From: a virus
Length of the DNA: 64,000 nt
Virus record (IMG/VR): IMGVR_UViG_3300012953_000016
Coordinates: 59,516 to 123,515 of that record
Strand: one strand, 5' to 3'
Part shown: in pieces, positions 46,946-56,897 of the stretch
How positions within the stretch are numbered: the first letter of the stretch is position 1
Layout of the letters: each line of letters opens with the position of its first letter
Position numbers and translations under genes: made by a program
The notes under the pieces: model-generated
What the model was told of the DNA's origin: nothing
What the model saw: only the letters and a program-made list of their open reading frames with translations
Database searches by the model: none

Positions 46946-49296
46946 TATAGATCAACCCTAAATCTTGTACCTTTGCACTCATAAACAATCTCATTACCAT
47001 CAGTAACAATTAGCAAGTCAATTGTGTAAGAGCGGCCAGGGAATAAAGAACTCATCATAACCTCAAAATACATACCGGCTGAATCCGTTGAGACGCGGGT
47101 TCCATTTTTGTCGTTCTCAAATGGAATGATGAGGTCACCGGAAATCGTGTCTCTAATCCTATAATACATCTCATCAAATATAATGCTTTCAGCCTCTAAT
47201 GCAATTTTGGATGAACCAAGGTTTTGGTTATGATCCTTAGCAAAGACCCGGAACTTTGCTCGTTCTGTCGTTTTATATGCCGGTTTTGTATTTAATAAAG
47301 AGAAAGTTAGATTTCTCGACGTTGCGTTATATGCTGACCTCGTTGAGGTATTCATTTCCAACGTCCCTGTAAGAAGTGTAATATCAGTACCAGAACCATC
47401 AGACTCTGTATTTCCTGACCATGTGGTAGCAAAAGTAATAGAGCCACTAGCGATTATATGATCTTGTAAAGTTGTAGAGTTTCCTTCTTGGTATCTAGAT
47501 ATATCAAAATCGGAGTCTGTCACAGTCCCGGCGTCAGGTTCAGATGATGGCTCACCGCTAGTGTCTAATGTTACATGTACAACACCCAAGCTAAAAACTG
47601 CGGCTGAAAATCCTGCAACATCATTTATTGCTGTTGCTGTTGCAGTCGCGATGTCTGTGGATATATCACCAGACACTATTGTTATCTGTATAGGGTTTGC
47701 TAGCCCAACAGGCGCTACATCTGCATCTTCACCAAACCAAAAATTATATGTTGTACCCGGGGCTGCTTCGTTGTCAGTAATTGAAAAATAAAGACCCAAT
47801 AGATTATTGCTGTCTTCATCATGATCTACTAGCTCTACCCTAATTATCTCTGCTTGTGATGATACTTCTCGGGTCCCGTCAATAACCGGTATCGTAAATG
47901 ATGCTTCATACCTACCGGCTTGTTCAACATCTTCTGTACCCCATGCTGTGAGCCGAGGGGCATCAACTGTCGCAGAGTATGATCCAGTAGAGTATGTAAG
48001 CTCGAGCTTGTCGGGGGGCCCTGACAGTTCGTAGTCTTCGGCAAACGCCAATGTACCCCTAACTGTATTTTGAAACTGTAGCTTCGTCGGAGCATCAAAT
48101 ATTGCATTCTTACTATTATCTCGAAAAGAATCATTCCATGAAATTGTTAAACGTGGCCGAAGATACTGGTTTAAGGCATGCCGAGATGCAAACCTCTTGA
48201 GAAAATATGTCTTTCCATCTTGTTCTTCTAACTCAGAAAACGATATTCTGAACCCATTTGAATCTATTGTTGGACTATCACCTATCATTTCTTTTATGAT
48301 GCTTGTAACATCAAAAGTAAATGGCTCAGTACCCTCTATAAACTCCTTTGAAACATACATTTCAGCAGAAGCATCAGATGAGCTACAGTACACATCTAAA
48401 TTAGCTATACCTATATTGCCTTTTGCATCAGCCCCGGGAGAGTTCCACAATATTGGTTCCCCAGAATATGAAGCGGTCACAAAGTTACAAATGTCTAGAT
48501 CACTAAATGCGCCGGTGTCTCTACCTCCACCCTCCGTAAATGATTGTGCTAATGGAAATACTTCAACATTAAAATTGGTAGGTGCCATCTGGCCGTCGAG
48601 AATATCATAAAGATAAAGTGTTGCCGTAAAATCACTGTGAGATGAATCTAGCGTTGCCATTTCATCTAAGATATCCAGATCAAAATCAATAAAGATCCTA
48701 GAAAGCTCAACTGCAGTGTCAGGAATAAGATCATTATCTGTATCTAGATTGAATGTACCGGCTTTGTTTCCTTGTTGGGTTACTGTGACTGTAAAGTCTG
48801 AATCTGCAACAGTACCTGAAGAAGCGTTTTTGACTATGCCTGTGGGATCTATAGTTAATTCAACTTCACCTAAGTCTTTGTCTATTGCAGTAAAAGCCCC
48901 AACTGCGTCGAGTGCTACCTGTGCTGTGGCTGCTATGGTTTCCTTTGAATCGCCAGATGTGACTGTTATTTCAATAGGTGTGGCCGAGTCAACCGCCGGA
49001 TCATTCCCGGCTGCACCTACATTAAACCATGCATAGTATTTCGTGTCTGACTGATCATATAATATAAAGTAAAGACCATCAAGGTTTTCTTCACTAATAT
49101 CATGGTCACAAAATACTATTGACAGGACTTCACTTTGGTTGACTGCCTCTATAGCAGGAAGGGATGACTCTCCATATAATTTGAATAAATCTAGTGTACC
49201 TGCGGTGCCGACATTAGCGTCAGAGGTTCTAAATCGGTTACTCAGAATCTTGTTCTGGATGTAGGTGTCTTTGCTTGCTGTTATATTCAGATACAT
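46945..49296 (-). CDS. Putative structural protein with a DNRLRE-like beta-sandwich and a duplicated internal module
   Basis: TASKDTYI..SRIFIDFDL..ATLYL..FDVTSII..RPRLTISW pattern, plus two copies of a ~125-aa insert. Confidence 0.6.
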   Translation of the reverse strand: MYLNITASKDTYIQNKILSNRFRTSDANVGTAGTLDLFKLYGESSLPAIEAVNQSEVLSIVFCDHDISEENLDGLYFILYDQSDTKYYAWFNVGAAGNDPAVDSATPIEITVTSGDSKETIAATAQVALDAVGAFTAIDKDLGEVELTIDPTGIVKNASSGTVADSDFTVTVTQQGNKAGTFNLDTDNDLIPDTAVELSRIFIDFDLDILDEMATLDSSHSDFTATLYLYDILDGQMAPTNFNVEVFPLAQSFTEGGGRDTGAFSDLDICNFVTASYSGEPILWNSPGADAKGNIGIANLDVYCSSSDASAEMYVSKEFIEGTEPFTFDVTSIIKEMIGDSPTIDSNGFRISFSELEEQDGKTYFLKRFASRHALNQYLRPRLTISWNDSFRDNSKNAIFDAPTKLQFQNTVRGTLAFAEDYELSGPPDKLELTYSTGSYSATVDAPRLTAWGTEDVEQAGRYEASFTIPVIDGTREVSSQAEIIRVELVDHDEDSNNLLGLYFSITDNEAAPGTTYNFWFGEDADVAPVGLANPIQITIVSGDISTDIATATATAINDVAGFSAAVFSLGVVHVTLDTSGEPSSEPDAGTVTDSDFDISRYQEGNSTTLQDHIIASGSITFATTWSGNTESDGSGTDITLLTGTLEMNTSTRSAYNATSRNLTFSLLNTKPAYKTTERAKFRVFAKDHNQNLGSSKIALEAESIIFDEMYYRIRDTISGDLIIPFENDKNGTRVSTDSAGMYFEVMMSSLFPGRSYTIDLLIVTDGNEIVYECKGTRFRVDL

Positions 49297-49310
49297 TCTT
49301 TTTTAGCTCC

Positions 49311-51176
49311 TTAAGATGCATTTCCAATGATGTCATATTTAGGGTATCTCATCTCAAAAATTGAACCAGGAGGCCCGACAATAAGTCCTTTTGCAGTGTT
49401 TGAATCAACATCAAAGCTCATGCCGCTATATAACCTATCTTCAACAACACCCCGAAGTGTTGTAACGTTAATGCTGGTCATTGTTAGGACTCCATCTGTA
49501 TTAATAATAAGGTTCATCAAATCAACCAGGATGATTGGTTGATCTATTTGAAACATCTTTATATCTAATGCTGATTTCAATTTTGCAATAATTTGTTGAA
49601 CTACCATTATCTTATTATACTTCGGATTAACGACTACATCAAAATCTACCCTGAAGTTTATTATTTGTGCATCTAATATTTCTATGGCATCTGAAATTAG
49701 CCTGAATTCATTCAAATAAGTTCTAAGGTTTTTCTTTAGTGTATCAGGTGCAGTACAAAGATTTCTTTTCTTATCCCTGCAGACCACATATAGCTCAGCT
49801 GCAAGAGGGTTATTTGGGTTCTGGTGTATTCCTGCCCTGAAGACTCTTCCAAATTTTGATGGAAGTGTGTAAATTCTTGCTAATAGGTCTTCTTTACTCA
49901 CAACTCTAGACTGCATAGATTTTACTGCAGGTATTTGAGCTCGTAGTTCTTCAATATCAGGAGCGGGTGCACCACCGGCACCTGGATTTACATTGGTAAC
50001 CCTTAACTTTGTCTTCATTAGGTTCATCTCAACAATTTCTTCAGGTGATGGGCTTTCTAGCATGGGCCACTTTACATGTAATGTTGGAATTGATCTTATT
50101 CTACCAGGCATGACATTATGATTAATGCCTCCGCCGTACCGATATCTGATCGTAAGTGTTGTATTTTTGGGTGCCATGCCTAATGTTTGCGTTTCAAGCA
50201 TCGAGCTTGGATCAATCGAAAATCTAGAAAACATTGTTTTCCCATAAAGGGGTAATGATAAATCGCTAGGATCAGGAATTATATCATCATCCAATGAGTC
50301 TGCGTCGCCTCCCCCAAACTGTAACTTTGTTGTCTTTGTAGCAACATTCGGAACAACTATGAACCGATATGGCGCTGGTACAATTTCTAGATTTTTCTCA
50401 ACTAGCTCATAATCATCATCTAAATTTACTATACCTCTAAAAACTGTGTCTTGAGATAATGATTCTACTTCATAGTACTCGTTTCCGTCAGAATCAGTAA
50501 CTTGCAAAATTTCAGTTATGCTTTGTCTAGCAAGAGAAATTCGCCTGAATGGTTTGTGAGGGCCCGTTATATTAAATGACTCTGTTGCTTCTTTCCCGGA
50601 TATACAAACAACTTCCCTCTCAACTTCGAATATCAGTGGGTTTCCATTCTCATCTGACTCTGATACTGCTGAGCTAGCTATTAAGCTACCGTTACGGTCT
50701 TTTTCCCACATGTATAAATCTTCTACAGTCACGAACGTTACACCACCTCCCCCAACAATTGTACCTTCACCGATGGTCGGCAACAATCCTTGGTGCGGGA
50801 CATACTCACCATCTTCAAGATTTGAAGGAACAAAGGCAGTGAACTTGACACTAACAACTGCTGGACTAACACCATATTGTTTCACACCGGCAGCGCGCAG
50901 GTGACGTTGAATATTTTTCGTCTCAACTGCGGTTTCCCAGTTCAATTCGTTGAATTGGTGATCCAAATAGAAAGACATTGTGTCTCCCACCATCGCAGCC
51001 ATATCTAAAAATAGGCCACCAACTGATGCTTCACTGAAATCTCTTATCCGGTCGCCGAAATATGATTTAGCATAATCATATAGCTCAGCTCTAAATGAAT
51101 CAAAATCCCGCGCAACGTAGGATCTATTTCTATTCTTCTTTATTTGATTATTAATTTTTTGTTTAACACGGCTCAT
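49311..51176 (-). CDS. Baseplate wedge subunit (T4 gp6/baseplate J-like)
   Basis: SYVARDFDSFRAELYDYAKSYF..DFSEASVGGLFLDM, LQFGGG, YRYGGG, GGAPAPDIEELR..QSRVVSKEDL. Confidence 0.85.
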   Translation of the reverse strand: MSRVKQKINNQIKKNRNRSYVARDFDSFRAELYDYAKSYFGDRIRDFSEASVGGLFLDMAAMVGDTMSFYLDHQFNELNWETAVETKNIQRHLRAAGVKQYGVSPAVVSVKFTAFVPSNLEDGEYVPHQGLLPTIGEGTIVGGGGVTFVTVEDLYMWEKDRNGSLIASSAVSESDENGNPLIFEVEREVVCISGKEATESFNITGPHKPFRRISLARQSITEILQVTDSDGNEYYEVESLSQDTVFRGIVNLDDDYELVEKNLEIVPAPYRFIVVPNVATKTTKLQFGGGDADSLDDDIIPDPSDLSLPLYGKTMFSRFSIDPSSMLETQTLGMAPKNTTLTIRYRYGGGINHNVMPGRIRSIPTLHVKWPMLESPSPEEIVEMNLMKTKLRVTNVNPGAGGAPAPDIEELRAQIPAVKSMQSRVVSKEDLLARIYTLPSKFGRVFRAGIHQNPNNPLAAELYVVCRDKKRNLCTAPDTLKKNLRTYLNEFRLISDAIEILDAQIINFRVDFDVVVNPKYNKIMVVQQIIAKLKSALDIKMFQIDQPIILVDLMNLIINTDGVLTMTSINVTTLRGVVEDRLYSGMSFDVDSNTAKGLIVGPPGSIFEMRYPKYDIIGNAS

Positions 51177-51182
51177 TTATTA

Positions 51183-51698
51183 TCATCCTGTCGAGTATAA
51201 TAGTACTTCAATTGCTTTGTCGACAACGCCAAGTTTCGGGATATCATATATGACCCTAACCCCCAACTTGCCTGTGTGTTCATTATCATGGTGGTCCGTA
51301 AATGTCTCAAATGTCTTAAGCGCAATAAACGGAATGTATTTTCTGGTAGCTATTGATATTCTGCGGATTGCTTCACGGTCACCATTCTCAGAGCCAATCT
51401 CGTGAGTAAGCTCACTGAGGTTTGCACCGAAGTCATAAAACCCAAGCCTGTCGCCATGATTGGTCAGAATAAGATTTCTAAAATTATCATGGATTTGGTC
51501 TGCTAAATTTTTATGCATCTTTAAAAGACCATCATCACCAGGACCTATCTCTAAAGGGGTCTTTATACCAATTGGTATGAGGTTATCATCCCACCTGGTT
51601 CTATTCTCTTTATAAAATTCGTCCTTAACACCTACTGAACGAAAGTCATAAACTCTAGAACTTTGGTTTTGGACATTACAACTATCGTTACCTGACAT
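51183..51698 (-). CDS. Baseplate wedge/sheath initiator (gp25/GPW-like)
   Basis: QIHDNFRNLILTNHGDRLGFYDFGANL matches the gp25 family motif. It sits between the gp5-like and gp6-like genes. Confidence 0.85.
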   Translation of the reverse strand: MSGNDSCNVQNQSSRVYDFRSVGVKDEFYKENRTRWDDNLIPIGIKTPLEIGPGDDGLLKMHKNLADQIHDNFRNLILTNHGDRLGFYDFGANLSELTHEIGSENGDREAIRRISIATRKYIPFIALKTFETFTDHHDNEHTGKLGVRVIYDIPKLGVVDKAIEVLLYSTG

Positions 51699-51760
51699 GT
51701 GTCTACCTTTTAAGTTACCTACTAACTAATTATCATCTTGGGGAGAATATGAGTTAATTC

Positions 51761-52606
51761 TTAGCCATAGAAATCGTCCCCTCGACCAGGTTTCCATCCA
51801 GATCTTTTTAAGCCAGCAGAAGCTTCTGCATCTGCTGCTGCTTGTCGAGCAGCTCTTTCTGCTGCAGCTTCTTTAGCAGCCAAACGATTTAGGGCTTCCT
51901 CTCCTTTGGCTCGTTTCTCTTCGTCAGACATCATTTCTGTAGCTACTGCATCTTTTCCGGCAGTGTCTAATATTCCGTCTACGTCAGGAACGTCGTGACC
52001 AGCAGCCTCTAGAGCAGATAAGATAGGTCCCATGGCACCTAGTATCAACATAATAGGTAATACTAGCAAACCAATGAAACAAATTGCTAAATCAAGCAAC
52101 CCTAATGTTGGGATCATTAATGCAGGAATATCCAGTGCTGCGCCAATTGCAGGCAAAACTAAATCAAGTAGCCCATCAAAAGAAAGATCTGGAATATCAA
52201 ATTTTAGAAGACCTACGGCAAAATCTATGGGCAAGGTTAACAACCCAAAAACTAATGCACCTAATGCAGGTAGCTCAGGCATATCCAGATCACCTATTAT
52301 CCCTATATCAGGAATTGGAATCGGGGGCATACCCGGTGCTATTAACTTGAAAGGTAATGCAGGTAGCTCAGCAGCTAAACCTGGTAGCTCTAAAAACCCA
52401 GGGATATCTACATCTAAAACGATATTTAACATAGGGAGAAAGGGTGCTATTGAACCTAAAGCAAGCTTAAGCATTAAGTTGCATATACCAAATGGTTCAT
52501 AACCCTCTCCATCTGGTGGGGGCTCTGGGCACTCTAAGGGCATGCATGCCGCGGCGGCACCGACGGCAGCATCAAATGGTTCGGCAACTGCTCCTGGTAC
52601 TGACAT
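51761..52606 (-). CDS. Hydrophobic Pro/Leu/Ile-rich protein, putatively membrane-interacting
   Basis: Long apolar segments (LAICFIGLLVLPIMLILGAMG), repeated LP/IP, and a charged Ala-rich C-terminal helix. Confidence 0.6.
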   Translation of the reverse strand: MSVPGAVAEPFDAAVGAAAACMPLECPEPPPDGEGYEPFGICNLMLKLALGSIAPFLPMLNIVLDVDIPGFLELPGLAAELPALPFKLIAPGMPPIPIPDIGIIGDLDMPELPALGALVFGLLTLPIDFAVGLLKFDIPDLSFDGLLDLVLPAIGAALDIPALMIPTLGLLDLAICFIGLLVLPIMLILGAMGPILSALEAAGHDVPDVDGILDTAGKDAVATEMMSDEEKRAKGEEALNRLAAKEAAAERAARQAAADAEASAGLKRSGWKPGRGDDFYG

Positions 52607-52615
52607 CTTTACTCC

Positions 52616-54295
52616 TTACAGCAATTTCGCGACTTTTGAACGTGCGTCGTCCATATCGGCCTTCAACTCAGCTACATGTGCTGCTAGTTGAGGCATTATG
52701 ACTGGTGCACCAAGATTGGATATAGAAGAGCCCACATCTGCCAGAAGTGCATTAGCAAACTTATCAATAGCTGCAATAAATAAGTCTCCTAAAAGCATTG
52801 GCTCAGTCGCACCAACGCCTAAAGCAACCTGATTGCCGGCACCAAAGTCTTTTTCAATACCGGAACCAATTACAACCTTAGGCCCGTCGATCATAATAAC
52901 ACCATCGGGCCTGATCGTAATTATTCCCCTACCTTCGCCGGCCTCGTCATCTTTCTTGCCTTCTTTAACAATTGTTATTGATCCTTGAATCGGGGGATCC
53001 TGGTCCATATCTTGGCGGGCAATAAGACGAATCTCATCTGACTTTGCAATAATAGCAGCCTGGCCAATGCCATCAGCAAACTCTTTCAAGAAAACATTGG
53101 GTGCTGTAGCTGCACTATTGCTAAGAGGATTTCCTACATTCTTATCATCCAAAGCCTTAGGCATATCTGGGTACTCTATACTAAAATTAAAGTCCGGAAG
53201 TGTATTCATGGACACATAGATTCTAGATGCGTCATTAAAGAAATCCGGGTCACCTTCAGCAGGGTTAGATAATCTATTCTCTGTATTGTCAGAGTCATTG
53301 CCAGCACCAATCGGATTTTTGTCAACTTCATCATAGTTTCTGACGTTTGTTATAACTCTTGGTGCTGTTAACTCAGCATCGGCGTCCGGGTCGGCTAAGT
53401 ATCTCCCTCTGCCGGCGATGATATCGATAGTTCCAGAAAATGTTCTTTCATTTTTGTCAGCCGGACCTTCATCTTCCGGAGGAGAGTCATATTCTGCTTG
53501 AGCAAGAGAAGGACCTGTAGAAGTTGCCGAAGACCATTCTGCTTTTGCGGCGTCTGGAATGGTGTCCTTCGTGAAGCCGCGATCTTCACCTAAAGAGATC
53601 AATGTATTATTTGAACCCTGGATTACTAAATCCCCGGGGCGCTTTGTCCAGCGGGGAACGGGCTCAAGTGTAACTGACTGCATACCCATTGAACCTGAAT
53701 ATATTTGTTCAAACTTTCCTTCCGTACGAAATCTTGTTTTTCCCGGGACACCGGCGCCGTCTGGAAAACCTACACCACGGTCGTCCTCATCCGGAGGATC
53801 AACTTCTCTCTCATCAGGATTTGAAGTGAGTGCGCCATATGCCCTGTCCGAATGTGTATAGTTTAGATCATCAATAAAGTCTGGCTCGGATATTCTGCAT
53901 ATCCAATAACCAATAGAAGATGCAGCACCTTTGGGATCCTCTACGAAAACCCAAACGTGTTCTCCTGGTTTAACAGGCATTCCAAGATACGGCGGAAAGA
54001 ATGGAAAGCATACCATATGAGAATCATCTTCCTTTGATCCTTGGCCGGCATGAACAATTTGTACAATACATGTGTTTCTAGGGGCTACGTCGAGAAGCGA
54101 TTCATCTTTAAGAATGCTAGCAAGATCTGACATTTGGTCTTCATCAAAAATTGAAGGATCATGAATAACATCAATGACCACACCTCTATATAGGGATGGA
54201 AGCCCCGGGGCATCTGCATTTTGTTTCGCAATTATGGCACCGGCAGAGGCAACACTCTCTCCGGACAATCGGCCGATTGCATCATCTTGTGACAT
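52616..54295 (-). CDS. Baseplate hub/central spike (gp5/VgrG-like OB-fold N-terminus)
   Basis: CFPFFPPYLGMPVKPGEHVWVF..YWI OB-fold-type motif, PGDLVIQGSNN, and C-terminal beta-repeat ITIRPDGVIMIDG..EPMLLGD. Lies upstream of the gp25-like gene. Confidence 0.65.
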   Translation of the reverse strand: MSQDDAIGRLSGESVASAGAIIAKQNADAPGLPSLYRGVVIDVIHDPSIFDEDQMSDLASILKDESLLDVAPRNTCIVQIVHAGQGSKEDDSHMVCFPFFPPYLGMPVKPGEHVWVFVEDPKGAASSIGYWICRISEPDFIDDLNYTHSDRAYGALTSNPDEREVDPPDEDDRGVGFPDGAGVPGKTRFRTEGKFEQIYSGSMGMQSVTLEPVPRWTKRPGDLVIQGSNNTLISLGEDRGFTKDTIPDAAKAEWSSATSTGPSLAQAEYDSPPEDEGPADKNERTFSGTIDIIAGRGRYLADPDADAELTAPRVITNVRNYDEVDKNPIGAGNDSDNTENRLSNPAEGDPDFFNDASRIYVSMNTLPDFNFSIEYPDMPKALDDKNVGNPLSNSAATAPNVFLKEFADGIGQAAIIAKSDEIRLIARQDMDQDPPIQGSITIVKEGKKDDEAGEGRGIITIRPDGVIMIDGPKVVIGSGIEKDFGAGNQVALGVGATEPMLLGDLFIAAIDKFANALLADVGSSISNLGAPVIMPQLAAHVAELKADMDDARSKVAKLL

Positions 54296-54297
54296 GA

Positions 54298-54660
54298 TTA
54301 ACCCTCATTAATTTGAGAAAATAGATCATCCGGGTCTATTTTCTCAGACCTTTCTTCTGCCTTGCTTATAAGCTCAGCTAGTTTCAAAATCTGTTCATTT
54401 GATTTGCTCATTCTCTCTAAGTATTTCGAGAGCGTAGGGCCCATGGTTGAATGTTCATATGCACCACCCATCATCTCTGATTTTGCTTCGTCTAATAATA
54501 GCTGGGCTTGTTCTCTATCTGATAACGCATTTTCATAAATCTCTTTCCAGAGAAGCTTCTTCTTATCATCTGATTTTTCAATCGAGTTAAGTAGATCGGA
54601 AAACTGTCTTATCTTATCTTCTGACTTCGAGACCTTTTCTAACATTTTGTCTTCACTCAT
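54298..54660 (-). CDS. Hypothetical helical protein (120 aa)
   Basis: Compact ORF with a GGAG RBS and coiled-coil-like composition. Confidence 0.7.
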   Translation of the reverse strand: MSEDKMLEKVSKSEDKIRQFSDLLNSIEKSDDKKKLLWKEIYENALSDREQAQLLLDEAKSEMMGGAYEHSTMGPTLSKYLERMSKSNEQILKLAELISKAEERSEKIDPDDLFSQINEG

Positions 54661-54668
54661 TATAGCTC

Positions 54669-55406
54669 CTAAAATATATCAAACTTCTTATCTGGGCCCC
54701 TGACTAATGACCGATAATGTTTTCTGATTATTGACATTGCTACGGAGAGTTGCTTGGGCGTTAAACCAGATATATCCCTTACATACACAAAAATTGCACG
54801 CTTATTTAAGAAATCTAATTGATCAACCGTCTCAAAAACAGTTATAACTGCATCAATACACTTCTTTTCATTCTCGCCAGAAACACGGGTTTGAATTTCT
54901 TTAAGCACTTCCATTATTTCATTTTTGAAATTTTGCTTTATCATCTCCTCATCAGGAGGCAATATAATATCATGAGATGCATATGTTTGTTTATCGCGTC
55001 TAGACATACCTTCTTGGTGGTCAACGCTAACATGCCGGCGTTCACTCTTAATTCTTCTTCTAGAATTAATGATTAGCCAGTTCTTTGCAACAACATTAAA
55101 ATATGAAAATGCTTTTGTACCCTTATCTGGGTTCCATTTGTGTATTGTTTCAAACAGAAAAGAAACACAGTCATTCTTAAGATGCTCATATGGCTCACCT
55201 GGAGAAATAAAGCCATATATGAAAATTAAATTCTGAGCTAGCTTTTCAAATGCTGGAAGAATTTTTTCAAGATAAAGCTTGTTTTTTTCTTCTAAGCTGT
55301 CTGAGTTTTGGTATTGTATTATTGCGTCTTGGGTTTCTAAATTGAAATAATTTTTACTACCTGACTTTCGACGCCGAATAATTCTTTTTGGTTTTGGTTT
55401 GGTCAA
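54669..55406 (-). CDS. Phage late-transcription sigma factor (T4 gp55-like, region 2)
   Basis: NYF at the N-terminus and DCVSFLFETIHKWNPDKGTKAFSYFNVVAKN, which resembles sigma region 2 and the gp55 AFxYF motif. Confidence 0.7.
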   Translation of the reverse strand: MTKPKPKRIIRRRKSGSKNYFNLETQDAIIQYQNSDSLEEKNKLYLEKILPAFEKLAQNLIFIYGFISPGEPYEHLKNDCVSFLFETIHKWNPDKGTKAFSYFNVVAKNWLIINSRRRIKSERRHVSVDHQEGMSRRDKQTYASHDIILPPDEEMIKQNFKNEIMEVLKEIQTRVSGENEKKCIDAVITVFETVDQLDFLNKRAIFVYVRDISGLTPKQLSVAMSIIRKHYRSLVRGPDKKFDIF

Positions 55407-55411
55407 CTTCT

Positions 55412-55735
55412 TTATCCTTCTTCTGCATCGTCAGCCCCTATATCAGAATATCGAACGTTAACTGAATCCACCAATGTATTTGCAACATCTAGTATTGCTG
55501 CCCTAGACCTCTTAATGTCATGATGTACGCGACGTATCTCTGCACTATCATGAAATAAAGGTATGTCTAAAATCTTATTCACGGACTCTTCCCTCTCATC
55601 TAATATATCCAACGCTTCTTCTATAGAATCTTGCATATTTAGTATTTTAATGCCAAATTTTATATTGTAATATATTGATGCAATTAGCATTGCCGTTTGA
55701 ACGGCTGCTATCGTCCCTAAGATCCAAACTATCAT
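55412..55735 (-). CDS. Small membrane-anchored hypothetical protein
   Basis: N-terminal hydrophobic helix MIVWILGTIAAVQTAMLIASIYY followed by an acidic coiled coil. Confidence 0.65.
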   Translation of the reverse strand: MIVWILGTIAAVQTAMLIASIYYNIKFGIKILNMQDSIEEALDILDEREESVNKILDIPLFHDSAEIRRVHHDIKRSRAAILDVANTLVDSVNVRYSDIGADDAEEG

Positions 55736-55737
55736 AA

Positions 55738-56889
55738 CTAAATTAATCCATCAAATACTTCGTTATACCTTCTACAAATTTGCTTATGAGAAAACTCTTC
55801 CAGTAGTACAGCGCTTAAATCGGTTGCCCACTCTTGCGGAAGAGAATTTGATTCATAAAACTTTCTAAGACGCTGTTTTGCATCTTTTTCAACTGGCTCA
55901 GCCCATTTCATTCCTGGCAAAAATATTCTACCATCTACTCTAGATTTGTGAATTTCCTGTAGGCTGTAGCCCACCTTAATGAATTTACCTCTATTTAGAA
56001 AATCTAAATGGCCTGACCAGTTTGTAGCTATCACAGGGAGACCGGATGCTGCAGCCTCCAAAAGTGGGAGGCCATACCCTTCTCCGCGCGTGAATGAAAC
56101 TAATGCCTTGACCTTTTGATTCCTGTACAAAGACGCAACTTCTTCTTGTGTAAATGTACCATGTACAAAATGAATTTTGGGATATTGCCCTGTCCTAACC
56201 TCATTTATAAGTGACGTCAAAAGTTTCTCAGTTACGACTTTGTCAATTTTAGTATTTTTTCCAGAATTTGTCTTTATTATAATACCAACGTCTTTGTCAT
56301 CCTTAAATTCTTCGCATAACCATTTGATGCTATTAAACATATTCTTTCTATCATTATGCGGATTATTTCCTGTCAACTGCCCGAATAAAAGAAAGTTAAA
56401 ACTAGTATCAATTGGCAAATCTAATGGTACAGGATCTTTAGAAATAGCATCATAATAAGATTCATGAACGACATGCAGGGGGACACTTAAGCTTCCTGTA
56501 TTTTTAATACAAGTTCTTACATGTTCAGAAGGAACAATCACCATATCCATCTGGTTTGAATTCATAATCCAATGAGGGTTGCATTGATCGGTTTCGACAA
56601 ATGCTGAAACACCAACGTTCTTTTTTGCTAGTGAAGGATCCCACTCATTAGGTAATTGGACCTGGATTGAAACATCAGGCTTGGCTGTTGTTGCCACTGA
56701 TCTTTTCATTATCTCCCCGACTAAGCCACCCTCATCATCTTGGTTAATCATCCAACTAGTCATACCCCATGGCACTACCTGCGTTACCACATTTACGTTC
56801 TGCGTTAATAACCATTTGAATATTTGCCTGGAATGTGTTCCATAACCAGAATAACTTAATAAAGGAGCTCTAATTACTACTGTCTTCAT
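55738..56889 (-). CDS. Glycosyltransferase, GT-B fold (GT4-like)
   Basis: SGYG at the N-terminus and RGEGYGLPLLEAAASGLPVIATNWSG (EX7E motif). Confidence 0.9.
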   Translation of the reverse strand: MKTVVIRAPLLSYSGYGTHSRQIFKWLLTQNVNVVTQVVPWGMTSWMINQDDEGGLVGEIMKRSVATTAKPDVSIQVQLPNEWDPSLAKKNVGVSAFVETDQCNPHWIMNSNQMDMVIVPSEHVRTCIKNTGSLSVPLHVVHESYYDAISKDPVPLDLPIDTSFNFLLFGQLTGNNPHNDRKNMFNSIKWLCEEFKDDKDVGIIIKTNSGKNTKIDKVVTEKLLTSLINEVRTGQYPKIHFVHGTFTQEEVASLYRNQKVKALVSFTRGEGYGLPLLEAAASGLPVIATNWSGHLDFLNRGKFIKVGYSLQEIHKSRVDGRIFLPGMKWAEPVEKDAKQRLRKFYESNSLPQEWATDLSAVLLEEFSHKQICRRYNEVFDGLI

Positions 56890-56897
56890 TTATACCC

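Noticed and set aside
41711-54295. Bacterial eCIS/T6SS/tailocin locus
   Set aside because: The baseplate genes are co-oriented with a primase, RuvC-like resolvase, Mre11-like nuclease and gp55-like sigma, and no cellular housekeeping genes are present. This indicates a phage genome.
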